A DNA stretch of 51,688 nucleotides, from assembly GCA_964504495.1 (NCBI GenBank), contig CAZDFV010000001.1:1-51688 (forward strand), given 5' to 3'. Origin of the DNA: an uncultured Rhodothermales bacterium (GTDB lineage Bacteria; Bacteroidota; Rhodothermia; Rhodothermales; Rubricoccaceae). Below the pieces are notes generated by a model. The model worked only from the letters and a program-made list of their open reading frames with translations, was not told the DNA's origin and did no database searches. Made by a program: the position numbers and the translations under genes. Below, piece by piece: positions 27,924 to 35,853 of the stretch. Positions within the stretch are counted from its first letter, which is position 1, and the number at the start of each line of letters is the position of its first letter.

Positions 27924-29171
27924 TCAAAGGCTCTGCGGCGGGGCGTAGGCGCCGGCCCCACGCTCGTCCGCGACCCGCTGGCGGTAGCCACCCGCGCGGA
28001 AGGCAGCGATCGGGTCGGCCGCGCCGCCGGCCCGGAGCCGGGCCTCCGCGACGAGGGGGCGGACGTCCGTCTCGTAGGCGTCCTTCAGCGTCCGCTCGGC
28101 CATGAGGACGTCGCCGGCGTCCTGGTACCCGGCGAGCGCGGAGCGGTCGACGAGGTGCGCCTTGGCATGGGCCTGTTGGAGCTGATCGACCGTCTGGAGG
28201 AGCGCCTCGATGGGGTCCTTCAGGTTGTGGCTCTGGTCGATCATGTACGCCGGGTCGAACCCGCCGTCTTCGGCCGCCAGCGCCAGCTCGTGGAACACGA
28301 GGAAGAGGGCGTACGGCTTGATCGAGCCGGCCGTGAGGTCGTCGTCGCCGTACTTCGAGTCGTTAAAGTGGAACCCGCCGAGCTTCCCGGCCGAGACGAG
28401 CCGGGCCACGACGAGCTCGACGTTCGTGTTCGGCAGGTGGTGGCCGAGGTCGACGAGGCACTCGGCGCGGTCGCCCAGGGCTTGCGCCAGCATCAGCGAC
28501 GTGCCCCAGTCCTGGACGACGGTGCTATAAAAAGCCGGCTCGTACGGCTTGTGCTCGGTAAAGAGCCGCCAGCCGTCCGGGAGGCCGGCGTAGACTTTTT
28601 CCAGACACCCGAGCACGCGGTCGTAGGACCGGCGGAGGTTGGCCTGGCCCGGGTAGTTCGTCCCGTCCGCCAGCCAGACGGTGATGGCGTCGGACCCGAG
28701 CGTCTGGCCCACCTCAATCGTGTGGAGGTTGTGCTCGACGGCCTGGCGGCGCACGCCGGCGTCGGGGTTGGAGAAGCTGCCGAGCTTGTAGCTGTGCGCG
28801 GCGCCGGCCGGGTCCTGAAAGGTGTTCGAGTTGACGGCGTCGAACGCCAGCCCCAGCTCGGCCGCGTGCTCGCGGAGGGCGGAGGCGTCGTCGGGCTCGT
28901 CCCACGGGATGTGGAGCGAGACGGTGGGCGTGGCGCCGGTGAGGGCGTGGATCTGGGCGCAGTCGTCGAGCTTCTCGAACACGTCGCGCGGCTCGCCCGG
29001 CCCGGGGAACCGCCCGAACCGCGTCCCGCCTGTCCCCAGCGCCCACGACGGGACGGCGACCGTGAACTGGCGGACGGCCTCGACGGCGGCCTCGGCGCTC
29101 TGGCCGGTCCGGTCCAGGCGCTCCGCCAGCGCGTCGAGGTCGCGGCGGTGGTCGGCGTCGGAGATCTGCAT
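27924..29171 (-). CDS. rhaI: L-rhamnose isomerase (RhaI type, xylose-isomerase-like barrel)
   Basis: PSWALGTGGTRFGRF, LHIPWD, NSNTFQD, EHKPYEPAFY, DLGHH, FHFNDSKYGDDDL, DQSHN. Confidence 0.93.
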   Translation of the reverse strand: MQISDADHRRDLDALAERLDRTGQSAEAAVEAVRQFTVAVPSWALGTGGTRFGRFPGPGEPRDVFEKLDDCAQIHALTGATPTVSLHIPWDEPDDASALREHAAELGLAFDAVNSNTFQDPAGAAHSYKLGSFSNPDAGVRRQAVEHNLHTIEVGQTLGSDAITVWLADGTNYPGQANLRRSYDRVLGCLEKVYAGLPDGWRLFTEHKPYEPAFYSTVVQDWGTSLMLAQALGDRAECLVDLGHHLPNTNVELVVARLVSAGKLGGFHFNDSKYGDDDLTAGSIKPYALFLVFHELALAAEDGGFDPAYMIDQSHNLKDPIEALLQTVDQLQQAHAKAHLVDRSALAGYQDAGDVLMAERTLKDAYETDVRPLVAEARLRAGGAADPIAAFRAGGYRQRVADERGAGAYAPPQSL

Positions 29172-29187
29172 GGGTCGTGGTTGGTTC

Positions 29188-29240
29188 GATGCGTGATGCG
29201 TGATCGGTTAGAAGAATCACGCATCACGTATCACGCATCA
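29188..29240. repeat. inverted heptamer-repeat element (GCGTGAT/ATCACGC-type)
   Basis: GATGCGTGATGCGTGAT facing ATCACGCATCACGTATCACGCATCA. Confidence 0.75.
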
Positions 29241-29444
29241 TTCTACTCTTCTCTGCTCCCAGAGCGCGTCGTCGGGCTTCGCCTCGCGCATCCAGAACGG
29301 GGCCGTGGCGAACCACAGGACCGTCCCGATGCCCATGAGGAGGGCGTGGGTCTCCCACGCGACGCCCGCGAAAAAGACGAGGGCGGCCGGGACGACGGTG
29401 AGGACCAGCCCGGCGGCCGAGAGGAGCTTGAGGAGCGCGGTCAT
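29238..29444 (-). CDS. small two-TM membrane protein
   Basis: 68 aa, two hydrophobic helices; ATGA overlap with permease stop. Confidence 0.75.
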   Translation of the reverse strand: MTALLKLLSAAGLVLTVVPAALVFFAGVAWETHALLMGIGTVLWFATAPFWMREAKPDDALWEQRRVE

Positions 29445-30910
29445 GACGACGGGGCGGCCGGGCTGGCGGGGACGCCGAGCGGGGTCTCGCTAGACGCGCG
29501 CACGGCCGGCTCGGCGACCGCCCCGCGCTGCTGCGCCCACGCCCCCGCGAGGTAGAGGCCGACGGCCACGAACCACCCGGGCAGCCCGAGGAAGAACAGC
29601 CCGACCCCGAACACGGCGTTGAGGACCCAGCACACGGCGAGCGTCCCCAGCCAGGCGAGCGCGGCGGGCCACGAAAAGACGAGGCTGCGCCACTCGGCGT
29701 AGAGCGGGCGGAGGCCGAGCTTCGGGACGAGCCAGAAGTCGGCGAAGATGACGGCGCCCATCGGCATGAGGATGAGGCCGTAGAGGGCCACGAGCCCGAG
29801 CAGGTTCATCACGACGGCCGGGAACAGGGCCACGACCGTCGTGACCGCCCCGACCACGGCCGTGACCTTCCACCGCTTCCAGTTCGGGGTGACGGTCTGG
29901 AGCGCGAGGCCGGCCCGGTAGATCGTCGGGTTCGCCGTCGTCCACCCGGCGATGACGACGGCCAGGACGCCGGCGTAGCCCGCTCCGAGAAAGGCGATGG
30001 GGCCGGGCGCGGGCGACGTGTTCCCCTGCTGGAGCGCGAGGGCGTACAGGATCGACGCGGCGATCCAGGCGACGAAGTGGCCGAGGTACATCCCCAATCC
30101 GGAGAAGAACCCGTACTGCCACTTCCGCGCGTAGCGGAGGATGGTCAGGTCGGCCATCCCGATGTGCATCGCCATGTTGGCGAACCAGGCGAAAAACAGG
30201 ATGTGCCAGACGGTCAGCTTTTCCTGACCTTCGAGCGGGACGCCCGTCCAGATCACGTCGTTGGCGACCCGCCAGAAGTCGCCCGGCCGCTCGACGCCGA
30301 GCTGGGGGAGGACGGCCAGCCCGCACGCGACGAACACCAGGAACATCCACGGCGCGGCCACCTTGCTAAAGGCCGCGATCTTCTCGAACCCGAGGACCGC
30401 CAGCACCGTCACGACGGCGCCCACGAACAGGACCACGACCACCCACGCCGCGCTCGTCGGGTAGACGTCGTCGAGGCCCGGCATTGGCATGTCGAACGGG
30501 AGGCCGACGGCCGTGGCGCTGACCGCGATCATGCTCCCGGCGAGGAAGCAGAACATGGCCGCGTTGACCAGGTTGTAGCCGATGAGGAGCCACGGCCCGG
30601 CGATCTTGCGGAGCTGCCAGTACAGGTTCAGCCGCGTCCGCGTGGCGATGGGCCCGGTCATGAACCCCCACGAGAGCGTCGCCAGGAGGTTGCCGACGAG
30701 GAGGCCCACGACGAGGTCGATGGCGGACGCCCCGCCGGCGACGAAGAGCGGGCCGATGACGAACTCGGTGCCCGCGACGTGCTCGCCGGCGTAGAGCCCG
30801 GCAAAGTTGCCCGGCCCCTGGAGCGCGTCGTCCGGGACGGGCTCCCGGTCGTACTCGTTGATCGCGTCGAGCCGCTCGGCGACGGAGCCTCGGGCGGGGG
30901 CGTCGGGCAT
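29441..30910 (-). CDS. purine-cytosine permease (NCS1/CodB-like) family transporter, probably sugar-related
   Basis: EYDREPV, YAGEHVAGTEF, AGWTTANPTIY; about 12 TM helices. Confidence 0.8.
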   Translation of the reverse strand: MPDAPARGSVAERLDAINEYDREPVPDDALQGPGNFAGLYAGEHVAGTEFVIGPLFVAGGASAIDLVVGLLVGNLLATLSWGFMTGPIATRTRLNLYWQLRKIAGPWLLIGYNLVNAAMFCFLAGSMIAVSATAVGLPFDMPMPGLDDVYPTSAAWVVVVLFVGAVVTVLAVLGFEKIAAFSKVAAPWMFLVFVACGLAVLPQLGVERPGDFWRVANDVIWTGVPLEGQEKLTVWHILFFAWFANMAMHIGMADLTILRYARKWQYGFFSGLGMYLGHFVAWIAASILYALALQQGNTSPAPGPIAFLGAGYAGVLAVVIAGWTTANPTIYRAGLALQTVTPNWKRWKVTAVVGAVTTVVALFPAVVMNLLGLVALYGLILMPMGAVIFADFWLVPKLGLRPLYAEWRSLVFSWPAALAWLGTLAVCWVLNAVFGVGLFFLGLPGWFVAVGLYLAGAWAQQRGAVAEPAVRASSETPLGVPASPAAPSS

Positions 30911-30935
30911 GGGGCGGTGTCAGGGGTTGCCCCAG

Positions 30936-30964
30936 AGACGGCCCGCGCCCGGCGCCACCCCTAC
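30936..30964 (-). promoter_or_regulatory. putative ECF-sigma promoter of permease-rha operon
   Basis: Minus strand GTAGGGG-N17-CGTCT, about 25 bp upstream of ATG 30910. Confidence 0.6.
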
Positions 30965-31037
30965 GCCCGACCCCGTTTTGCCCCGACCCGCTGCCGGCCC
31001 CCGCGTAGGCCGCCGGCGCCGGCGCGCCGAGGGCGCG

Positions 31038-32024
31038 TCAGGCGCCGCCTGGGGCGTCCGGCTCGGGGAGGTCGCGGGCGCACCGGAACCCGACGTGTGC
31101 GGCCGACGACTCGGCCGTCGCGTGGCTCCGGGCGCTCACGCGGTAGCCGTGGCAGTAGGCCGGGTGGCACAGGAACGAGCCGCCGCGCTGGGCCCGCTCC
31201 GGCTCGCCGGTCGGGCCGGCCGGGGCGCCCGGGCCCGTCCCCTCGTCTTCGCCGAGCGGGTACGGGCGGTACCACGAGGCCGTCCACTCCCAGACGTTCC
31301 CGCCCATGTCCTCGAGGCCGAGCGGCGTCCGGCCGAACGTGCCGACCGGGCTCGTGCCGCCGGGGTAGCCGTCGGCTCCGTCGTCGCCGCCGGGGAACGC
31401 GCCGGTCCAGGTGTTGGCCCGGAGCCGGCCGCCCTCGTCGAGCGCGTCGCCCCAGGCGTAGGGGCTCCGGTCGTCATCGGCGCCGCGCGCGGCGTGCTCC
31501 CACTCGACCTCGGTGGGGAGCCGCCCGGCCCCGCTGGCGGCCGCTCCGCCCGCGGCGCCGTCCCACGCGCAGAAGGCGGCGGCGTCGTTGAACGACACCT
31601 GCGTGACGGGGTGGCCGTCGGGCGCCGCCGGGCCGTCCGGGCCGAACGGGCGCCGCCAGTCGGCGCCGGGGACGAGCGACCACGCCATCGTCCCTTGGTC
31701 GAGGACGGCCCCGTCGCCGAACGCCTCGGCCTGCGTCTCGTACCCCGTGGCCTCGACGAACTGGCGGAAGCGGGCGACGGTCACGGGCGCCCGGTCGAGG
31801 AGGAACGGCTCGACCTCGGCCCGGAACGCCGGCCGCTCGTGCGGGAGGCCGCCCTCGCCCCGGAGCACGCCGACCGTCGTCCTCCCCCCAGGGACGTAGA
31901 CCATCCCGTCGGGGGCCTCGACGTCGAGAGAGGCGCTGCTCGTCGGCTCCGGGTCGGACGCCGGCGGCTCCCCGCCGCACGCGGCGAGGGCGAGGGTCAG
32001 GACCAGGGGGAGCGTGCGCGTCAA
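31038..32024 (-). CDS. formylglycine-generating enzyme (SUMF1/FGE family), lipoprotein
   Basis: HPVTQVS, RLPTEVEWE, GLEDMGGNVWEW, RGGSFLCHPAYCHGYRVSAR with both catalytic Cys, GFRCA; probable TTG start with lipobox LAAC. Confidence 0.92.
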   Translation of the reverse strand: MTRTLPLVLTLALAACGGEPPASDPEPTSSASLDVEAPDGMVYVPGGRTTVGVLRGEGGLPHERPAFRAEVEPFLLDRAPVTVARFRQFVEATGYETQAEAFGDGAVLDQGTMAWSLVPGADWRRPFGPDGPAAPDGHPVTQVSFNDAAAFCAWDGAAGGAAASGAGRLPTEVEWEHAARGADDDRSPYAWGDALDEGGRLRANTWTGAFPGGDDGADGYPGGTSPVGTFGRTPLGLEDMGGNVWEWTASWYRPYPLGEDEGTGPGAPAGPTGEPERAQRGGSFLCHPAYCHGYRVSARSHATAESSAAHVGFRCARDLPEPDAPGGA

Positions 32025-32100
32025 GGGGCCGAGGGGGAGCGCGCGGAGGATACTGACGGGTAGAGTGCTGCGAGAAATCGTCCGTGCGCAGACGGATGGT

Positions 32101-32128
32101 GTAGGGGCCGGGGCGCCGTCGGCGGACT
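32101..32128 (+). promoter_or_regulatory. putative ECF-sigma promoter of T9SS-sorted protein
   Basis: GTAGGGG-N16-GGACT, about 60 bp upstream of ATG 32191. Confidence 0.5.
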
Positions 32129-32190
32129 CTGAGGTGACGGGCTCCGCCAGCCGGCCGCCCTCACTCCCCCTCTCACCACAGCGACACGCC

Positions 32191-33159
32191 ATGCGCACTC
32201 TGCTACTCCTCCTCGCGGCCGCCTTCCTGGTCCCGGCGGCCCACGCCCAAACCGTCCTCTTCGACTTCGAGGGGTTCGGCGGCAGCACCGAAGGCTGGGC
32301 CCCCGACGTCCCGCCCGACACCGATCTCCCCGAAGGCGATCGGTCTCTCGTCCGCGCCGTTGATCAGAAGCTGATCGGGTTCGACGGCCCGACCCCCCTC
32401 TTTATCCCCCCCTATGAGGGGTCATACCTGCTCGAGGCCGTGCCGAACCGGCCAATCCCAGCCAATGCGTTCCGTGGCATGAAGTACACCTGGGCGACGG
32501 GTCAGGACTGGACGGGCACGCCAGTCCTGAAGATGGCCGCGTCGATGCAGGCCCGCGGCGCGAACAGCGAGCGCCATGAGTTCCGCATCCGCGTCATCTC
32601 GGGGACGGGTGCGGACGCGGACACCACCGAGATGATGTACATCGGCCTTAAGTCTGAGGGGGCCGACGACACCATCGACAACAACTCGTTCGTGAACGAC
32701 TGGGAGGTCCTTGAGTTCGACCTCAGCGGGTACAGCGGGGTCAACGCGATCACCTCCATCGAGGCCGCCGGCCGCCACGTGGACGACGGGTCGAACAACA
32801 CACCGGACTCGGGCATGGGCACCTGGGGTGGCCTCGTCCAGATAGACTCCGTGGCCGTCGACGTCCAGAACACGTCGGTCGAGGGCGAGCCCGGGCTGGC
32901 GGCGCTGAGTGACGTGTACCCGAACCCGTCCGCCTCGCGCGCCCAGGTTGGGATCGCCGTCGAGACGGCCCAGCGCGTGACGGCGACGGTCCACGACGTC
33001 CTCGGCCGGACCGTGGCGACGGCGTTCGACGGCCCGCTCGCGCCGGGCGCGACCGCGCTCCTCGGGCTCGACACGTCGCGCTTGGCACCGGGGACCTACG
33101 TGCTCCAGGTCCGCGGCGAGACGTTCACGGCCTCGCGCCGGCTGACGGTGGCCCGCTAG
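32191..33159 (+). CDS. secreted protein with T9SS C-terminal domain; unknown beta-rich (CBM-like) N-terminal domain
   Basis: Signal peptide (PAAHA-Q), LFDFE start, VQIDSV end, YPNP...DVLGR...GTYVLQV CTD. Confidence 0.85.
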   Translation: MRTLLLLLAAAFLVPAAHAQTVLFDFEGFGGSTEGWAPDVPPDTDLPEGDRSLVRAVDQKLIGFDGPTPLFIPPYEGSYLLEAVPNRPIPANAFRGMKYTWATGQDWTGTPVLKMAASMQARGANSERHEFRIRVISGTGADADTTEMMYIGLKSEGADDTIDNNSFVNDWEVLEFDLSGYSGVNAITSIEAAGRHVDDGSNNTPDSGMGTWGGLVQIDSVAVDVQNTSVEGEPGLAALSDVYPNPSASRAQVGIAVETAQRVTATVHDVLGRTVATAFDGPLAPGATALLGLDTSRLAPGTYVLQVRGETFTASRRLTVAR

Positions 33160-33221
33160 CGGCTCGGGCCTACAGGCTCCCACCACCGCGCGCCCTGGGC
33201 TCCGGCTCGGGGCGCGCGTGT

Positions 33222-34187
33222 CTAGGGCCCCCCGGCGTCGAGGAGCGCCCGGGCCGTCGCGTCGTCGGTGACGAGGACGTCGATGAGCCGGCCGGCCAGG
33301 GCGCCGCGGATGGCCCCGACTTTGGCCGCGCCCCCGGCCACGCCGACGACGCAGTCGACGGCCGCCAGCGTCTCGAGGTCCACGCCGACGATCCGGTCGT
33401 CGAGCGAGGTGGGCACCGGCCGCCCCGCGGCGTCGAAGAACCGGAGGGCCACGTCCCCGACGGCCCCGCCCTCGCGGAGCTCGGCCGGGAGCGAGTCGGG
33501 GAGGGCCACCTCGCGGGACAGGGTCCCGTCGCCGAGGACCGGGTTGGTCTCGAGCGAGCCGATCCCAACGAACGCCGTCGTCATCGCCGAGAAGGCGTCG
33601 AGGGCCGCCCGGATCTGGGGGTCGGCGGCGAGGACGGCCCGGGCCTCCGCGCTGGCGACGACGCCGGGGGCCTGGAGGAGCCGGAGGTCGGCCCCGAGCG
33701 CCGTCGCCAGCCGGCGCGGGAGGTCCGCGGCGTGGGCCTCGGCCAGGGGCGGCCCGACGCCGCCCAGCGTCTGGACGACCGTGACCCCCTCGGTCTGGCG
33801 CGGGACGACGGCCTTGACCATCTCGCGGAGCGTGGTCCCCCAGGTGACGCCGACGACGGCCCCGGGCGCCAACGTCCGCCGGAGGAACCCGGCCGCGGCG
33901 GCGCCGAGCCGGGCCGCCTGCTCGTCCCCGGCGGCGTCGGCCACGACGGCCTCGCGGAGCCCGAACCGCTCCTCGAGCGCGCCCTCCAGGTCGGCCGCCA
34001 GCCCGTCGACGTGGGCGACGGTGATCTGGACGATGCCCCGCTCGCGGGCCTCGCGGATCATCCGGGAGACGGTCGGCCGGGAGACGCCGAGGCGGTTGGC
34101 GATCTGCTGCTGGGTCTGCCCCCGGAGGTAGTAGAGCGCCCCCACCTTCGCGAGTGTGCGGGCCTGGGCGTCGGGGGGAGGGGGCAT
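33222..34187 (-). CDS. SorC/DeoR-family sugar-binding transcriptional regulator
   Basis: LYYLRGQTQQQIANRLGVSRPTVSRM HTH; GVTWGTT, FVGIG, GAVGD, GVAGG..K, LVTD. Confidence 0.93.
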   Translation of the reverse strand: MPPPPDAQARTLAKVGALYYLRGQTQQQIANRLGVSRPTVSRMIREARERGIVQITVAHVDGLAADLEGALEERFGLREAVVADAAGDEQAARLGAAAAGFLRRTLAPGAVVGVTWGTTLREMVKAVVPRQTEGVTVVQTLGGVGPPLAEAHAADLPRRLATALGADLRLLQAPGVVASAEARAVLAADPQIRAALDAFSAMTTAFVGIGSLETNPVLGDGTLSREVALPDSLPAELREGGAVGDVALRFFDAAGRPVPTSLDDRIVGVDLETLAAVDCVVGVAGGAAKVGAIRGALAGRLIDVLVTDDATARALLDAGGP

Positions 34188-34225
34188 GGGGGAGTCTAGC
34201 ACAGGCCGGGGCGCTGCACCGTGTC

Positions 34226-34254
34226 TTGACACAGCGGCCGGAAGCGGTTACAAT
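34226..34254 (+). promoter_or_regulatory. sigma70 promoter for ECF sigma gene
   Basis: TTGACA (34226-34231), 17-bp spacer, TACAAT (34249-34254). Confidence 0.8.
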
Positions 34255-34255
34255 G

Positions 34256-34287
34256 TGAACGTCTGGTTATCAGTGAACATCCGTTCA
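34256..34287. promoter_or_regulatory. candidate operator(s) for the SorC/DeoR regulator
   Basis: Perfect TGAAC-ATCC-GTTCA (34274-34287) plus degenerate TGAAC-GTCT-GGTTA (34256-34269), directly downstream of the -10 box. Confidence 0.6.
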
Positions 34288-34294
34288 GACGTCC

Positions 34295-34855
34295 ATGACG
34301 ACCACCGCTACCCCGCCCGCCCCCGCCTCCGACGGCCCGTTGACGGACCGTGGTGCGTTCGCGGCCATCTACAGCGCCCACGCCCCGTCATTAGTCGGGT
34401 TCATCACGAGAAAGGTGGGCGACGCCGAGCTGGCCGAGGACATCCTCCACGACTTGTTCCTCGGCATCTGGGCGCGGTTCGACTCGTGGGAGGTCCGCGG
34501 CGACCTCAAGACGTACCTGTTCTCCGCGGCCCGGAACCACGTCTGGAGCCACTACGCCAAGCAACGCGTCCGCCGGGACTACGCCGACGCCGAGCGGGCC
34601 ACGGCCGCGCGGAGCGAGCGCCCCGAGGCCGTCGAGCGGATCCAGGCCGAGCGGCTCGGCCGGGCGGTGGGGCGGTGGATCGGCGAGCTCCCGGAGCGGC
34701 GGCGCGAGGTCTTCGAGCTCTCGCGCTACGAGCACCTGACCTACCAGGAGATCGCGGACCGGCTGGGGATCTCCGTCAAGACGGTCGAGACCCAGATGAG
34801 CCGGGCGCTCCGCCACCTCCGCGAGCGGCTCGAGGCGTACGAGGCAGCGTCGTAG
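34295..34855 (+). CDS. RNA polymerase ECF sigma factor (FecI-like, Bacteroidota PUL type)
   Basis: AEDILHDLF..IW, LKTYLFSAARN, LPERRREVFELSR, LTYQEIA..LGISVKTVETQMSRAL. Confidence 0.94.
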   Translation: MTTTATPPAPASDGPLTDRGAFAAIYSAHAPSLVGFITRKVGDAELAEDILHDLFLGIWARFDSWEVRGDLKTYLFSAARNHVWSHYAKQRVRRDYADAERATAARSERPEAVERIQAERLGRAVGRWIGELPERRREVFELSRYEHLTYQEIADRLGISVKTVETQMSRALRHLRERLEAYEAAS

Positions 34856-35610
34856 CGCGTCCGGCCGGCGGGCGCTCTCCCAGCCGGCGCCAGCCCGACG
34901 CCTCCCACAGCCGGAGGAGCACGGCGTCGACCGCCGGCGGTCGGCCGCCCTCAGCCACGGGCGGACGGGCAGAGGCCCGCCGGACGAGGCGGTCCCAGTC
35001 GGCCAGGTCAGAGCGGGGGGGGGGCATGGGGAGGGCAGCTCGGTACCACGCCCTAGAGACCGCTCACCCCGCGCCGCCCCCCACGTCGGGTTCGAGAGGG
35101 CTCTGATACGATGGGCGTTACGGCGCTGAGGGGGACTTCTCCCGGGGCGGGCCCACGTCCCCGAATGGGCGGGGCGTCTCCGCGGAGCCCTCGGCTGGCG
35201 GCCCGTGCTGGCGGCCGTCGCCAGCGTTCGGCCGGACACCCTCCACTCGCTGACGCGGCGCCTCCCCCGAGGGCAGGGCTGCTACGTTCTCCAGTGTTGT
35301 TCGGCGATCGACGGACAAACAAACCAAGCTCTTCCCGTGTGGCCGGGAACCGCAACGCTCATGGGGCACGGCGCTCGGCCTCCCTAGATCTCCGCCTAGG
35401 CGGGGACGGCAACGGGTGCCTGTGTAGCCGTCTCAGAACGTAGCGGCCCTGCCCGAAGAAGGGGGCTCCGACCGTCATGGAGCCCCCGGACCAGGCGGGG
35501 GGGGGGCGCGCCTCTGCCGTGGATCGGTCTGGCCGAGGTCTTCTGACTCCGAGGGCGGTCCGGCCCGGAACTGCGGGGGGCCGGCGGGGAGGGACCGGAC
35601 TCAGAGGACG

Positions 35611-35642
35611 AAAAACGCCCCCGGAGGCGTCTCCAGGGGCGT
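35611..35642 (-). terminator. intrinsic terminator downstream of tRNA-Gly
   Basis: Minus strand ACGCCCCTGGAG-ACGC-CTCCGGGGGCGT followed by T run. Confidence 0.75.
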
Positions 35643-35649
35643 CGGGGGG

Positions 35650-35722
35650 AGCGGAACACGGGACTCGAACCCGCGACCTCCACCTTGGCAAGGTGGCGCT
35701 CTACCAGCTGAGCTAGTTCCGC
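35650..35722 (-). tRNA. tRNA-Gly (GCC)
   Basis: GCGGAACTAGCTCAGCTGGTAGAGCGCCACCTTGCCAAGGTGGAGGTCGCGGGTTCGAGTCCCGTGTTCCGCT; cloverleaf, anticodon GCC, CCA not encoded. Confidence 0.96.
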
Positions 35723-35853
35723 ACGGGCGCTCCGTCGGGAGCGGGCGTAAGGTACGGCCGTGTGTCGGGGCGGTCAACGCGCTCAGACCGACGGCGCCGT
35801 CTTCATCGGGTTTCAGCCGGTCCGCCCCCCGCGCTTGCCGGCTAGCTTGTCGC

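Noticed and set aside
31038-32024. FGE-type domain as a diversity-generating retroelement target
   Set aside because: No reverse transcriptase or template repeat seen; catalytic Cys pair intact and sulfatases nearby explain the gene
35650-35722. tRNA-Gly as a proven integration site
   Set aside because: No duplicate of the tRNA 3' end noticed at the left border and no integrase in the window
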